Below the pieces are notes generated by a model that was not told the DNA's origin, did no database searches, and saw only the letters and a program-made list of their open reading frames with translations. Below, one piece after another: positions 38,551-48,848 of a DNA stretch of 64,000 bases. A program made the position numbers and the translations under genes. The number at the start of each line of letters is the position of its first letter. Position 1 is the stretch's first letter. Source of the stretch: an uncultured Clostridium sp. (GTDB lineage Bacteria > Bacillota > Clostridia > TANB77 > CAG-508); contig CAMMVE010000003.1 of NCBI GenBank assembly GCA_946500265.1, forward strand, positions 21,882 to 85,881. Reading direction: 5' to 3'.

Positions 38551-38580
38551 AAAATATATATGAAAAATTAGCCAAAAGTG

Positions 38581-38607
38581 TTGACTTTTGGCTTTTTTCA
38601 TTATATA
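38581..38607 (+). terminator. Terminator after AbiEii-like gene
   Basis: GCCAAAAGT-gttga-CTTTTGGC then TTTTTTC. Confidence 0.6.
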
Positions 38608-38619
38608 ATATTTAAGCAT
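38591..38619 (+). promoter_or_regulatory. S10-operon promoter TTGACT-17-TATAAT
   Basis: -35 38591-38596, -10 38614-38619. Confidence 0.55.
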
Positions 38620-38740
38620 GAATTTGGCGATGAAGTAAGATGTGGCTACACAAGGCTTAGTTCTAAGCTTTGATGGAGGGAACTCTTATGGAGTATGTCG
38701 TGGCATAGACCAGGCGGTAAGTTTAAAATAAAGCACTTAT

Positions 38741-38772
38741 CCCAAGAAAATCATGCATAACTTGGGTTTTTA
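38741..38772 (+). promoter_or_regulatory. Attenuator-like hairpin + T-run in S10 operon leader
   Basis: CCCAAG-aaaatcatgcataa-CTTGGG followed by TTTTT, ~85 nt before rpsJ start. Confidence 0.45.
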
Positions 38773-38855
38773 TATTGGTGAAACAAGAAACACTAGGGTG
38801 CGTTTATAACTTCCGACCAACTATAATTTATTTTTTATTAAGGAGGGAATTTTAA

Positions 38856-39188
38856 ATGGCAGCAAAAAAAGAAAATGCGGTAACAAGTGAGAAAATCAGA
38901 ATAAGATTAAAGGCTTATGATCATGTTGTTTTAGAACAGTCTGCTCAAAGAATAGTAGATACTGCTAAAAAAACAGGAGCAAAAGTTTCAGGTCCTATTC
39001 CGTTACCAACAGAGAAGGAAATTATAACAATTTTACGTTCTCCACACATGCACAAAGATTCAAGAGAGCAATTTGAAATGAGAACACATAAAAGAGTTAT
39101 AGACATTCTTTATCCAACACAAAAAACTGTAGATAATCTAATGAAAATAGATTTGCCAGCAGGTGTTGATATTGAAATCAAATTATAG
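38856..39188 (+). CDS. rpsJ: 30S ribosomal protein S10
   Basis: ..[40 protein letters not shown].. S10 signature. Confidence 0.95.
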   Translation: MAAKKENAVTSEKIRIRLKAYDHVVLEQSAQRIVDTAKKTGAKVSGPIPLPTEKEIITILRSPHMHKDSREQFEMRTHKRVIDILYPTQKTVDNLMKIDLPAGVDIEIKL

Positions 39189-39266
39189 TTATTAATCATA
39201 AAACCAAGCTGGTATAACATTTTTAAAATGCAATACAATATATCAGCCAATAGTTAGGAGGAAAAA

Positions 39267-39899
39267 ATGAATAAAGGATTAATAGGAAGAAAAGTAGGAA
39301 TGACTCAAATATTTGACGAGTCAGGAAAAGTAATTCCAGTAACAGTTATTGAAGCTGGACCTTGTGTAGTAGCACAAGTAAAAACAATGGATAATGATGG
39401 ATACGAAGCTATCCAATTAGGTTTTGGAGATGTTAAAGAGAAAAAATTAACAAAACCAGCAAAAGGACATTTTACAAAAGTAAATGTTACACCTAAAAAA
39501 CATTTAAGAGAATTTAGATTAGATTCAGTAGCAGAATATACAGTAGGTCAAGAATTAAAAGCTGATGTATTTGCAGCTGGAGATAAATTAGATATTCAAG
39601 GAACTTCTAAAGGAAAAGGTTTCCAAGGGGTTATCAAACGTCATGGACAACACAGAGGACCAATGGGACATGGTTCTATGTATCATAGAAGACCAGGTTC
39701 AATGGGACCAACATCTACACCAGGTAGAGTTTTCAAAGGTAAGAAATTACCAGGACATATGGGAGCTCAAACAATTACAATTCAAAACTTAGAAGTTATC
39801 AAAGTAGATTTAGATAAGAATGTAATATTAGTTAAAGGTAGTGTGCCAGGAATTAAAGGTGCAATACTAAAATTAAAATCAAGTGTAAAATCAAAATAG
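39267..39899 (+). CDS. rplC: 50S ribosomal protein L3
   Basis: [18 protein letters not shown].. L3 signature. Confidence 0.95.
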   Translation: MNKGLIGRKVGMTQIFDESGKVIPVTVIEAGPCVVAQVKTMDNDGYEAIQLGFGDVKEKKLTKPAKGHFTKVNVTPKKHLREFRLDSVAEYTVGQELKADVFAAGDKLDIQGTSKGKGFQGVIKRHGQHRGPMGHGSMYHRRPGSMGPTSTPGRVFKGKKLPGHMGAQTITIQNLEVIKVDLDKNVILVKGSVPGIKGAILKLKSSVKSK

Positions 39900-39917
39900 A
39901 GAAGGAGGAGAAACGAA

Positions 39918-40541
39918 ATGCCTAAAATGGATGTATACGATATACAAGGTAAAAAAGTTAGCACAGTTGACTTAAAAGATGAAATATTTGGTATTGAACC
40001 AAATGAAGCTGTAGTACATAGCGTTTTAGTTAACTTTTTAGCTAATCAAAGACAAGGTACACAAAGCACTAAAACAAGAGCAGAAGTTCGTGGTGGTGGT
40101 AGAAAACCTTGGAGACAAAAAGGAACAGGTAGAGCAAGACAAGGAAGTATTAGAGCTCCACAATGGATTAAAGGTGGTATAGCTTTAGGTCCAAAACCTC
40201 GTTCATACAAATATACAGTAAATAAGAAAGAAAAGAGATTAGCAATTAAATCTTGCTTAAGCTCTAAAGTGTTAGAAAAAGAATTAACAGTTGTTGATAG
40301 CTTACCATTAAAAGAAATCAAAACTAAAGAAATGATAAAAGCATTAAACAACTTAAAGGTAGAAGGAAAAACATTAATTCTTTTACCAGAAAAGAATGAA
40401 ACAGTACAAAAATCAGCAAGAAATATTGAAGGAGTTAAAACAACTCTAGTAAATACAATAAATGTATATGATTTATTAAAATACAAAAATCTTGTTATTA
40501 CATTAGATACTGTTAAGAAATTAGAGGAGGTGTACGCATAA
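39918..40541 (+). CDS. rplD: 50S ribosomal protein L4
   Basis: Conserved L4; TAATG overlap with rplW. Confidence 0.9.
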   Translation: MPKMDVYDIQGKKVSTVDLKDEIFGIEPNEAVVHSVLVNFLANQRQGTQSTKTRAEVRGGGRKPWRQKGTGRARQGSIRAPQWIKGGIALGPKPRSYKYTVNKKEKRLAIKSCLSSKVLEKELTVVDSLPLKEIKTKEMIKALNNLKVEGKTLILLPEKNETVQKSARNIEGVKTTLVNTINVYDLLKYKNLVITLDTVKKLEEVYA

Positions 40542-40888
40542 TGGTAGCAGAAGATATTATAATAGCACCAGTTGTTACTGAAAAAAGTAGCGATGGAATT
40601 GCAGAAGGAAAGTACACTTTTAAAGTAAATAAAAAGGCTACAAAAATAGATATAAAAAGAGCTGTAGAAAAATTATTTGAAGTTAAAGTATTAAATGTAA
40701 CTACAATAACAGTTAAAGGAAAAGAAAAAAGAGTTGGAAGAAATGTTGGAAAAACATCTGACTGGAAAAAAGCAATAGTTACAATTGACACAAATGCTTC
40801 AGAAAAATCTTACCTAACAAAAGGTGGAAAAGAAGTTAAAGTAAATAAGAAATATAAAGACTCTATTGATGAGTTCATGGGAGCTTAA
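40541..40888 (+). CDS. rplW: 50S ribosomal protein L23 (with ~20-aa C-terminal extension)
   Basis: Conserved L23 core; position. Confidence 0.85.
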   Translation: MVAEDIIIAPVVTEKSSDGIAEGKYTFKVNKKATKIDIKRAVEKLFEVKVLNVTTITVKGKEKRVGRNVGKTSDWKKAIVTIDTNASEKSYLTKGGKEVKVNKKYKDSIDEFMGA

Positions 40889-40890
40889 TT

Positions 40891-41085
40891 ATGAATGAAG
40901 ATAGAAAAAAATTTTTGGAGAGACTACAAAAAGAAGCGGCACAAAGAGATGATGGAATAGCAGAAGACTGGGAAAAACTAGTTAAAAGTGGAACTATTCA
41001 AAAAATCATGGAAACAGAACAAAAGTATAAAGAATCTGGAGGATATCATGAACTAGATTCGACAGAAGAAGATATTGAGAAATAA
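40891..41085 (+). CDS. Unexpected 64-aa acidic hypothetical ORF inserted between rplW and rplB
   Basis: ATG 2 nt after rplW stop, weak GGGAG SD; hydrophilic MNEDRKKFLERLQKEAAQRDDGIAEDWEKLVKSG..; not part of canonical S10 operon. Confidence 0.4.
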   Translation: MNEDRKKFLERLQKEAAQRDDGIAEDWEKLVKSGTIQKIMETEQKYKESGGYHELDSTEEDIEK

Positions 41086-41159
41086 CTCAGAAAATAAATT
41101 TTATCTGCAATGCGGAGCAGGAAAAAATCCGTAAATATTATTTAAAGGAGAAATAAAAA

Positions 41160-41987
41160 ATGGCAGTAAAAAGATTCAAAGCCTACACACCATCAAGAAG
41201 AAACATGACAGTTTTAGATTATAGTGAAATTACTAAAAAAACTCCTGAAAAATCTTTAATTACAACAAAGAAAGAAAAAGCAGGAAGAAATGCACAAGGT
41301 AAAATCACAGTTAGACATCAAGGTGGAGGTAACAGACAAAAATATAGAATAATTGATTTTAAGAGAAATAAAGAAAATATGCCAGCAACAGTTATTGGTA
41401 TAGAATATGATCCAAACAGAAGTGCAAATATAGCTTTAATTCAATATGAAGATGGAGAAAAAGCATATATATTAGCACCAGTTGGATTAACAGATGGAGC
41501 AGTTGTAGTATCAGGAGATAAAGCTGATATTAAACCAGGAAACTGTATGAAAATTGAAAACATACCAGTTGGTACTATGATTCACAATATCGAATTAAAT
41601 CCAGGTCAAGGTGGAAAATTAGTAAGAGCAGCAGGACAAGAAGCACAATTAATGGCTAAAGAAGGAAAATATGCTCATGTAAGATTACCATCAGGAGAAA
41701 TGAGATTAGTAATGGCTGTATGTAAAGCTACAATAGGAACAGTTGGAAATCAAGAACATGAAAATGTTAAACTTGGTAAAGCTGGTAGAAAAAGACATAT
41801 GGGATGGAGACCAACAGTTAGAGGTTCTGTTATGAACCCAGTAGATCACCCACATGGTGGTGGTGAAGGTAGAGCTCCAGTAGGACACAGCGGACCAATG
41901 ACTCCTTGGGGTAAACCAGCACTTGGATATAAGACAAGAAAGAAAAACAATAGAACAGATAAATTTATAGTAAAAAGAAGAAAATAA
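41160..41987 (+). CDS. rplB: 50S ribosomal protein L2
   Basis: ..GHVRLPSGE.., ..HPHGGGEGR.. L2 signature. Confidence 0.95.
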   Translation: MAVKRFKAYTPSRRNMTVLDYSEITKKTPEKSLITTKKEKAGRNAQGKITVRHQGGGNRQKYRIIDFKRNKENMPATVIGIEYDPNRSANIALIQYEDGEKAYILAPVGLTDGAVVVSGDKADIKPGNCMKIENIPVGTMIHNIELNPGQGGKLVRAAGQEAQLMAKEGKYAHVRLPSGEMRLVMAVCKATIGTVGNQEHENVKLGKAGRKRHMGWRPTVRGSVMNPVDHPHGGGEGRAPVGHSGPMTPWGKPALGYKTRKKNNRTDKFIVKRRK

Positions 41988-42012
41988 TAAATAAATAGTA
42001 AGGAACACAAAT

Positions 42013-42098
42013 AACTGACATCACTTATTCACAAGTAGGGGACATATCGTGTCCCGAGTGGAAGTGACAGAAGAGAAAAGATGTGTCCCTTACCGATG
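42013..42098. repeat. D-type ~90-bp repeat (..ACTGACATCA..CACAAGTAGGGGACATATCGTGTCCC..GTGACAGAAG..TGTGTCCCTTACCGA) inserted between rplB and rpsS
   Basis: Near-identical copy at 44420-44506 and related copy at 47798-47862; hairpin GGGACA-n5-TGTCCC. Confidence 0.65.
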
Positions 42099-42116
42099 AA
42101 AAGGAGGAAATAGGTA

Positions 42117-42395
42117 ATGTCAAGATCAAGTAAAAAAGCACCATTTGTTGCTCCAGAATTAATGAAGAGAATTGAGGCAATGAACGAGAGCGGTAATAAA
42201 GAAGTTATAAAGACATGGTCAAGAGCTTCTACAATTTACCCACAAATGGTTGGACATACAATAGCTGTGCATGATGGAAGAAAACATGTACCAGTATATA
42301 TATCAGAAGAAATGATTGGACATAAATTAGGAGAATTCGTTCCAACAAGAACATTCAAAGGACACGCAGGAGATAAGACAACAACAACTAAATAA
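42117..42395 (+). CDS. rpsS: 30S ribosomal protein S19
   Basis: Conserved S19; AAGGAGG SD. Confidence 0.95.
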   Translation: MSRSSKKAPFVAPELMKRIEAMNESGNKEVIKTWSRASTIYPQMVGHTIAVHDGRKHVPVYISEEMIGHKLGEFVPTRTFKGHAGDKTTTTK

Positions 42396-42422
42396 GTAAA
42401 TTGATAGAAGGAGGTAATTAAG

Positions 42423-42782
42423 GTGGAAGCAGTTAAAGAAAATGTGCCACAAGCACACGCTACACTAAAATATGCTAGAATTTCTTCAAGAAAAGTTAAA
42501 ATTGTAGCAGATTTAATTAAAGGTAAAAACGTAGATGAAGCTACAGCTATACTTAAATATACACCAAAAGCTTCATCAGAAGTATTAGAAAAATTACTAA
42601 AATCAGCTATCGCTAATGCTGAAAATAACCATAACATGGCTCATGAAAAATTATATGTTGCTGATATATATGCAAACCAAGGTCCTACATTAAAGAGAAT
42701 AAGACCTGCTGCAAAAGGTTCAGCAGTAAGAATTAGAAAAAGAACAAGCCATATTACAATAGTTTTAAAAGAAAGAGATTAG
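42423..42782 (+). CDS. rplV: 50S ribosomal protein L22 (GTG start)
   Basis: ..[28 protein letters not shown].. L22 signature. Confidence 0.9.
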   Translation: MEAVKENVPQAHATLKYARISSRKVKIVADLIKGKNVDEATAILKYTPKASSEVLEKLLKSAIANAENNHNMAHEKLYVADIYANQGPTLKRIRPAAKGSAVRIRKRTSHITIVLKERD

Positions 42783-42808
42783 AAGAGAGGAAGGAGGACA
42801 TTTAAAAA

Positions 42809-43471
42809 ATGGGACAAAAAATGGATCCACATGGATTAAGAGTTGGTGTTATAAAAGACTGGGATTCTAAATGGTATGCAAATTCAAAAGATTTTGCAGA
42901 TTACTTAGTAGAAGATCACAAAATCCGTGTGTTTGTAAAGAAAAAATTATATGCAGCTGGAATTTCTAAAATAGAAATTGAAAGAACAGCTAAATTTGTA
43001 AAAGTTAATGTTTATGCTGCTAAACCTGGAATTATAATAGGTAAAGGCGGAAACTTAGCTGAAAGCTTAAAAAATGAATTAGAAAAAATGATTAAGAAAG
43101 AAGTTAATTTAAATATAGTTGAGGTTAAAAATATAGACTTAGATGCTCAATTAGTTGCAGAAAACATAGCAGGACAACTAGAAAGAAGAATATCTTTCAG
43201 AAGAGCTATGAAACAATGTATGCAAAAAACTATGAAAGCAGGTGCTTTAGGTATCAAAACTGCAGTATCTGGTAGATTAGGTGGAGCAGATATGGCTAGA
43301 ACTGAATTCTATAAAGAAGGAACAATTCCACTTCAAACTTTAAGAGCTGATATCGATTACGGATTTGCAGAAGCAAATACTACTTATGGAAAAATCGGTG
43401 TAAAAGTTTGGATTTATAAAGGAGAAGTTCTTCCTACTAAAAAGAAAGTAGTGGAAGGAGGAGACAAATAA
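42809..43471 (+). CDS. rpsC: 30S ribosomal protein S3
   Basis: [24 protein letters not shown].. S3 KH domain. Confidence 0.95.
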   Translation: MGQKMDPHGLRVGVIKDWDSKWYANSKDFADYLVEDHKIRVFVKKKLYAAGISKIEIERTAKFVKVNVYAAKPGIIIGKGGNLAESLKNELEKMIKKEVNLNIVEVKNIDLDAQLVAENIAGQLERRISFRRAMKQCMQKTMKAGALGIKTAVSGRLGGADMARTEFYKEGTIPLQTLRADIDYGFAEANTTYGKIGVKVWIYKGEVLPTKKKVVEGGDK

Positions 43472-43914
43472 TGCCATTAATACCAAAAAGAACAAAATAT
43501 AGAAAACAACAAAAAGGTAGAAATAGAGGAAAAGCTACAAGAGGTAATAGAGTTACAGACGGTCAATTCGGACTACAAGCTTTAGAAGCTGGACAAATAA
43601 CATCTAACCAAATAGAAGCAGCCCGTGTTGCTATGACACGTTATATAAAAAGAGGTGGTAAAGTTTGGATTAAAATATTCCCAGACAAACCAATCACAAG
43701 AAAACCTATTGGAACTCGTATGGGTAAAGGTAAAGGTGCTGTTGAATTTTGGGTAGCAAATGTAAAACCAGGAAGAGTAATGTTTGAACTTGCTGATGTT
43801 AGCGAAGAAATTGCTAGAGAAGCGTTAAGACTTGCAGCAAACAAACTATCTGTTAAGTGCAAATTTGTACAAAAGGAAACTGAAATAGGTGGTGAGATAG
43901 ATGAAGATAAATAA
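43471..43914 (+). CDS. rplP: 50S ribosomal protein L16
   Basis: [20 protein letters not shown].. L16 signature. Confidence 0.95.
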   Translation: MPLIPKRTKYRKQQKGRNRGKATRGNRVTDGQFGLQALEAGQITSNQIEAARVAMTRYIKRGGKVWIKIFPDKPITRKPIGTRMGKGKGAVEFWVANVKPGRVMFELADVSEEIAREALRLAANKLSVKCKFVQKETEIGGEIDEDK

Positions 43915-44101
43915 AATAAAAGAAATGTCTTCACCTGACTTAGAAAAAGAATTAGTAGAATTAAAATCTGAACTATTCAAACTAAGATTTAGCTTAGCAA
44001 CACATGGTTTAGATAATCCTATGAAAATTAAAGAAGTTAAGAAAGACATTGCTAGAATAAAAACAGTTCTAACAGAAAGAAAATTAGCAGAAAATAAATA
44101 A
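43901..44101 (+). CDS. rpmC: 50S ribosomal protein L29
   Basis: ..[21 protein letters not shown].. L29; overlaps rplP end. Confidence 0.85.
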   Translation: MKINKIKEMSSPDLEKELVELKSELFKLRFSLATHGLDNPMKIKEVKKDIARIKTVLTERKLAENK

Positions 44102-44120
44102 TTAAGAAAGGAGATTTAAC

Positions 44121-44384
44121 ATGGAAGAAAGAAATCTTCGTAAAGAAATGGTTGGCGTTGTTTCATCAGATAAAATGGATAAGACAGTAGTTGTATCTGT
44201 TCAAATGAACGAAAAACATAAAACTTATGGTAAAGTTCAAAAGAAAACATACAAACTAAAAGCTCATGATGAGAATAATGAATGCCAAATAGGAGATAAA
44301 GTAAGAGTAATGGAAACAAGACCTCTATCAAAAGATAAAAGATGGAGAGTTGTTGAAATTCTTGAAAAGGCAGTAATTAAATAA
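44121..44384 (+). CDS. rpsQ: 30S ribosomal protein S17
   Basis: ..[28 protein letters not shown].. S17. Confidence 0.9.
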   Translation: MEERNLRKEMVGVVSSDKMDKTVVVSVQMNEKHKTYGKVQKKTYKLKAHDENNECQIGDKVRVMETRPLSKDKRWRVVEILEKAVIK

Positions 44385-44419
44385 AATAGATAACTAAAAA
44401 TATAGTAAGGTAGCACAAG

Positions 44420-44506
44420 AACTGACATCATTAATTCACAAGTAGGGGACATACATTGTCCCGTGTGAAAATGACAGAAGGAAAAGGTGTGTCCCCTTAC
44501 CGAGAA
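44420..44506. repeat. D-type repeat copy between rpsQ and rplN
   Basis: ..ACTGACATCATTAATTCACAAGTAGGGGACATACATTGTCCCGTGTGAAAATGACAGAAGGAAAAGGTGTGTCCCCTTACCGAG. Confidence 0.65.
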
Positions 44507-44524
44507 AAAGGAGGAAAATCAAAA

Positions 44525-44893
44525 ATGGTACAACAACAAACTATATTAAAAGTAGCAGATAATACAGGTGCAAAAGAAATTATGTGTATCAGATGTCTAG
44601 GTGGTTCATATAGAAAATATGCTAGAATTGGTGATATCATAGTTGCTTCTGTAAAAACAGCTATACCAGGTGGTGTTGTAAAAAAAGGTGACGTTGTAAA
44701 AGCTGTTGTAGTTAGAACAAAGAAACCTACAAGAAGAGCTGATGGTTCTTATGTTAGATTTGATGAAAATGCAGCTGTTATAATAAGAGACGACGGAACA
44801 CCAAGAGGAACTCGTATATTTGGACCTGTTGCAAGAGAGTTAAGAGAGAAGGATTATATGAAGATTCTTTCCCTAGCACCAGAGGTTTTATAG
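44525..44893 (+). CDS. rplN: 50S ribosomal protein L14
   Basis: [18 protein letters not shown].. canonical L14 start with AAGGAGG SD; ORF-track extension to 44456 is read-through of the repeat. Confidence 0.95.
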   Translation: MVQQQTILKVADNTGAKEIMCIRCLGGSYRKYARIGDIIVASVKTAIPGGVVKKGDVVKAVVVRTKKPTRRADGSYVRFDENAAVIIRDDGTPRGTRIFGPVARELREKDYMKILSLAPEVL

Positions 44894-44956
44894 TCTTAAA
44901 AATAAGAGTTCAAAAAGAAATGAAATCTCGCTTAAAGGAAGAGGTGAAATAAAATA

Positions 44957-45265
44957 ATGAGAATAAAGAAAGGCGATACAGTTAAAGTTTTATCAGGAAA
45001 TGACAAAGGTAAAACTGGTGAAGTTTTAGAAGTAATACCAAAAACAGAGAAAATAATAGTTAAAGGTGTTAATGTAAGAAAAAAACACGTTAAAGCTAGA
45101 AAACAAGGAGAAGAAAGTGGTATTATACCTGTAGAATGTGCTATACATAGCAGTAAAGTAAATGTAGTTTGCCCAAAATGTGGAAAGGCTACAAGAGTTC
45201 AATATAAAATTGAAAAAGATGAAAAAGTTCGTGTTTGCCAAAAATGTGGAGCAAAATTAAAATAA
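44957..45265 (+). CDS. rplX: 50S ribosomal protein L24 (Cys4 zinc-ribbon type)
   Basis: MRIKKGDTVKVLSGNDKGKTGEV.. KOW motif; CPKCGK...CQKCG. Confidence 0.9.
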   Translation: MRIKKGDTVKVLSGNDKGKTGEVLEVIPKTEKIIVKGVNVRKKHVKARKQGEESGIIPVECAIHSSKVNVVCPKCGKATRVQYKIEKDEKVRVCQKCGAKLK

Positions 45266-45292
45266 TTATAGGAAGGAGGACTATTTAGACTT

Positions 45293-45832
45293 ATGGAAAT
45301 ATTAAGAGAGCAATATGAAAAAGAAGTTATACCAGCAATGATGAAGAAATTTAACTATAAATCAGTTATGGAAGTTCCAAAGTTAGACAAAATAGTTATT
45401 AATATAGGTTTAGGTGATACAAAAGATAATCCTAAATCATTAGAAAATGCTATAAATGACCTTACAATTATAACTGGACAAAAACCAATTATAACTAAGG
45501 CAAAAAAAGCTATAGCAGCTTTCAAAATAAGAGAAGGAATCAACATGGGATGCAAAGTTACATTAAGAAAAGGTAAAATGTATGATTTTGCATATAAACT
45601 ATTCAATGTAGCACTTCCAAGAGTTAGAGATTTTAGAGGAGTGTCAACTGATTCATTTGATGGTAGAGGAAATTATTCAATGGGAATTAAAGAACAACTT
45701 ATTTTCCCAGAAATCGAATATGACAAAATTGATAAAATTAGAGGAATGGATATAATTTTCGTTACAACAGCTAACACTGATGAAGAAGCTAAAGAACTTC
45801 TTACTTTGTTAGGAATGCCTTTTAAAAATTAA
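45293..45832 (+). CDS. rplE: 50S ribosomal protein L5
   Basis: Conserved L5. Confidence 0.95.
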   Translation: MEILREQYEKEVIPAMMKKFNYKSVMEVPKLDKIVINIGLGDTKDNPKSLENAINDLTIITGQKPIITKAKKAIAAFKIREGINMGCKVTLRKGKMYDFAYKLFNVALPRVRDFRGVSTDSFDGRGNYSMGIKEQLIFPEIEYDKIDKIRGMDIIFVTTANTDEEAKELLTLLGMPFKN

Positions 45833-45852
45833 TTTGATGAAAGGAGAAAAAA

Positions 45853-46038
45853 ATGGCTAAAAAATCTTTAAAAGTAAAACAACAAAGAGCCCAAAAGTAT
45901 AAGACAAGAGAATATAATAGATGCAAAATTTGTGGAAGACCACACGCATATATTAGAAAATATGGAATTTGCCGTGTATGTTTTAGAGAATTAGCTCATA
46001 GGGGAGAAATTCCAGGAGTTAAGAAAGCTAGCTGGTAA
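45853..46038 (+). CDS. rpsN: 30S ribosomal protein S14 type Z (zinc-binding, 61 aa)
   Basis: [38 protein letters not shown]. Confidence 0.95.
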   Translation: MAKKSLKVKQQRAQKYKTREYNRCKICGRPHAYIRKYGICRVCFRELAHRGEIPGVKKASW

Positions 46039-46054
46039 TAATTTGTTTGAAAAT

Positions 46055-46152
46055 CAGCAGTCTGCGTCGTTAAACTGCGTAAAAATTTTTTCAATGTACA
46101 GCTTGTACTATTTCAAAAATTTTTACTTGTTTGCCTAGCATCCTACTAATTT
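46055..46152. repeat. C-type large imperfect palindrome between rpsN and rpsH
   Basis: Arms GCGTAAAAATTTTTTCAATGTACAG / CTTGTACTATTTCAAAAATTTTTAC; ..TGCCTAGCA.. tail shared with other copies. Confidence 0.6.
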
Positions 46153-46211
46153 TGAAATAAATTAAAATAATAACATTTGTGAATTCCAAAGAAAGAAGGA
46201 GGGAAAATAAA

Positions 46212-46610
46212 TTGAATACTACAGATCCAATAGCAGATATGTTAACAAGAATAAGAAATGCAAACAGCTCTAAGCATAAAACAGTTGATGTTCCAGCATC
46301 AAACATGAAAAGAGCAATTGCTAACATCCTATTCAAAGAAGGATATATAGCAGCATTTGAGGAAATAGATGACTCTCGTCAAGGAGTTATAAGAATAACT
46401 TTAAAATATGACGAGAAGGGTAAAAGAGTTATTGATGGAATAAAGAGAATAAGCAAACCAGGTCTAAGAGTATATGCATCTAAAGATGAATTACCTAGAG
46501 TATTAAATGGTTTAGGAATAGCTCTTATATCTACTTCAAAAGGAATAAAAACAGATAAAGAAGCAAGACAAGAAGGCCTAGGAGGAGAAGTCTTAGCTTA
46601 CGTATGGTAA
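46212..46610 (+). CDS. rpsH: 30S ribosomal protein S8 (TTG start)
   Basis: (M)[16 protein letters not shown].. canonical S8; GGAGGG SD; ORF-track 46179 start reads through repeat. Confidence 0.9.
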   Translation: MNTTDPIADMLTRIRNANSSKHKTVDVPASNMKRAIANILFKEGYIAAFEEIDDSRQGVIRITLKYDEKGKRVIDGIKRISKPGLRVYASKDELPRVLNGLGIALISTSKGIKTDKEARQEGLGGEVLAYVW

Positions 46611-46637
46611 TATCTAAAAAAGGAGGGAAATAAAACA

Positions 46638-47177
46638 ATGTCAAGAATAGGAAATAAACCTATTAATGTACCAGATGGTGTAGAAGTTAAAGTTGATGGA
46701 CATCACATTACTGTAAAAGGACCAAAAGGAACATTAGAGAAAGACTTACATAAAAATATGGAAGTTGTTTTGGCAGATAAAGTAATTACAGTAAAAAGAC
46801 CAAACGACGATCCAGCAAATAAAAGTTTACATGGTTTAACAAGAACATTAATTAATAACATGATAGAAGGTGTTCTTAACGAATATAAAAGAGACCTAGA
46901 AATTAATGGTGTTGGTTACAGAGCTCAAAAGAAAGGAAATAAACTAGTAATGAACCTAGGATATTCTCATCCAGTTGAGATGGACCCACCAGCAGGAATT
47001 ACTTTTGATGTTCCAGATGCTAACCATATTACAGTTAGAGGAATTGATAAAGAATTAGTAGGTCAAACAGCAGCAGTTGTAAGAACAAAAAGACCACCTG
47101 AAGTATATAGAGGTAAAGGTATTAAATATGCTGAAGAGCATATTAGACGTAAGGAAGGTAAAGCCGGCAAGAAATAA
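46638..47177 (+). CDS. rplF: 50S ribosomal protein L6
   Basis: MSRIGNKPINVPDGVEVKVDG.. L6. Confidence 0.95.
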   Translation: MSRIGNKPINVPDGVEVKVDGHHITVKGPKGTLEKDLHKNMEVVLADKVITVKRPNDDPANKSLHGLTRTLINNMIEGVLNEYKRDLEINGVGYRAQKKGNKLVMNLGYSHPVEMDPPAGITFDVPDANHITVRGIDKELVGQTAAVVRTKRPPEVYRGKGIKYAEEHIRRKEGKAGKK

Positions 47178-47355
47178 AAGCTTAAATGAAAAGCTTCGTC
47201 TTACGTTGTTAGCCTTCACAAATAATTTTTCAATCTACAAATCGTACTATTTCAAAATTATTTGCTTGGCTGCCTAGTAATACTTGCTTTTGATTTAAGC
47301 AGAGACATGCTGAAAGCAATACTCGTTTTTGATTAAAATTTGCCGAGTATATAAT
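47178..47355. repeat. C-type repeat (two sub-units) between rplF and rplR
   Basis: AAGCTTCGTCTTACGTTGTTAGCC..TTTTTCAATCTACAAATCGTACTATTTCAAAA..GGCTGCCTAGTAATACTTGCTTTTGATT.. ; aligns to 52765-52965. Confidence 0.6.
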
Positions 47356-47429
47356 TAAGAAGATTAAATTAAAAATAAATCTAAAAATAAACTAAGAGCA
47401 AAATCTTTTAGTTAGAAAGGAGATTTAAA

Positions 47430-47789
47430 ATGGTAAAGAAAACAGATAGAAAAGCAGAAAGAGTAAGAAGACATGCAAGAGTACGTAGAAAAATTTCTGG
47501 AACAGCTGAATGCCCAAGATTAAGTGTATTTAGAAGTAACAGCAATTTATATGTACAAGTAATTGATGATACAAAAGGAATTACTTTAGTTCAAGCTTCA
47601 ACATTAGATAAAGAAGTAAAAACAAAACATTCAAACAAAGAAGCTGCTAAAGAAGTTGGAACATTAATTGCAAAAAGAGCAATCGAAAAAAATATCAAAA
47701 CAGTAGTTTTTGATAGAGGTGGATATATTTATCATGGAGTTGTAAAAGAACTTGCTGATGCTGCTAGAGAAGGCGGATTAAACTTTTAA
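47430..47789 (+). CDS. rplR: 50S ribosomal protein L18
   Basis: ..[24 protein letters not shown].. L18. Confidence 0.95.
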   Translation: MVKKTDRKAERVRRHARVRRKISGTAECPRLSVFRSNSNLYVQVIDDTKGITLVQASTLDKEVKTKHSNKEAAKEVGTLIAKRAIEKNIKTVVFDRGGYIYHGVVKELADAAREGGLNF

Positions 47790-47797
47790 AAAATGCT

Positions 47798-47862
47798 AAA
47801 ACCCGGCGGGGACATACCGCGACCCAAGTGGCAATGACCTAGGGGACAGGTGTGTCATCGTT
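47798..47862. repeat. D-type related repeat between rplR and rpsE
   Basis: ..CGGGGACATACCGCGACCCAAGTGGCAATGACCTAGGGGACAGGTGTGTCATCG.. Confidence 0.55.
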
Positions 47863-47899
47863 AGAAAATTAAATTCAAATAGAGTTAGGAGGAAAGAGA

Positions 47900-48391
47900 A
47901 TGCAATCAGAAAACATATCTGAATTAAAAGAAAAAGTTGTAGCTATTAACAGAGTTGCAAAAGTTGTTAAAGGTGGTAGAACATTCAGATTTAGTGCAGT
48001 TGTAGTTGTTGGTGACGAAAACGGACATGTAGGCGTTGGAAATGGTAAAGCAGCTGAAGTTCCAGATGCTATAAAGAAAGCTATTGAAGATGCTAAAAAG
48101 AACTTAGTTGAAGTTCCAATAGTAGATACAACTATTCCACATGAATATGTTGGAAAATTTGGTAGTGCTAATGTTTTACTAAAGCCAGCAGCAGAAGGTA
48201 CTGGAATTATTGCAGGTGGTAGCGTTAGACCTGTTCTAGAACTTGCTGGATACAGAAATATAAGAACAAAAATTATAGGTACAAATAATCCTAGAAATGT
48301 TGTTTATGCAACTATAGAAGGACTAAAATCTATGCAAACTGTAGAACAAGTAGCTAAAAAAAGAGGTAAAAAAGTAGAAGAAATCTTATAG
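47900..48391 (+). CDS. rpsE: 30S ribosomal protein S5
   Basis: ..[28 protein letters not shown].. S5. Confidence 0.95.
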   Translation: MQSENISELKEKVVAINRVAKVVKGGRTFRFSAVVVVGDENGHVGVGNGKAAEVPDAIKKAIEDAKKNLVEVPIVDTTIPHEYVGKFGSANVLLKPAAEGTGIIAGGSVRPVLELAGYRNIRTKIIGTNNPRNVVYATIEGLKSMQTVEQVAKKRGKKVEEIL

Positions 48392-48413
48392 AAAGAGGAG
48401 GTGTACATACAAA

Positions 48414-48848
48414 ATGAAATTAGACGAATTAAAGCCAGCACAAAAAAATAAAACTAGAACAAGAGTTGGACGTGGAATCGGTTCTGGTTTAGGAAAAACT
48501 TCTGGAAGAGGTCACAAAGGTCAAAAAGCAAGATCTGGTGGCGGAGTTAGAAGAGGTTTTGAAGGTGGCCAAACACCATTATATAGAAGATTACCAAAAA
48601 GAGGATTTACAAATATCCATGCTAATAACTATACAGAAGTAACTTTAACAATGTTAAACAAAGCTACAACTGAGGAAGTTACAGCAGAAAGCCTAATTAA
48701 AGATAATATAATTAGCAAAGCAAATGATGGAATAGTAATACTTGCAACAGGTAAACTTGATAAAAAATTAACAGTTAAGGCTGTAAGATTTACTAAAGCT
48801 GCTAAAGAAAAAATAGAAGCTTTAGGAGGAAAGGCAGAGGTGATTTAG
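48414..48848 (+). CDS. rplO: 50S ribosomal protein L15 (no rpmD/L30 gene between rpsE and rplO)
   Basis: [37 protein letters not shown].. L15. Confidence 0.95.
   Translation: MKLDELKPAQKNKTRTRVGRGIGSGLGKTSGRGHKGQKARSGGGVRRGFEGGQTPLYRRLPKRGFTNIHANNYTEVTLTMLNKATTEEVTAESLIKDNIISKANDGIVILATGKLDKKLTVKAVRFTKAAKEKIEALGGKAEVI

Noticed and set aside
44456-44524. Extended N-terminus of rplN in ORF track ([23 protein letters not shown])
   Set aside because: This is translation of the D-type repeat; canonical L14 start MVQQQ with AAGGAGG SD is at 44525.
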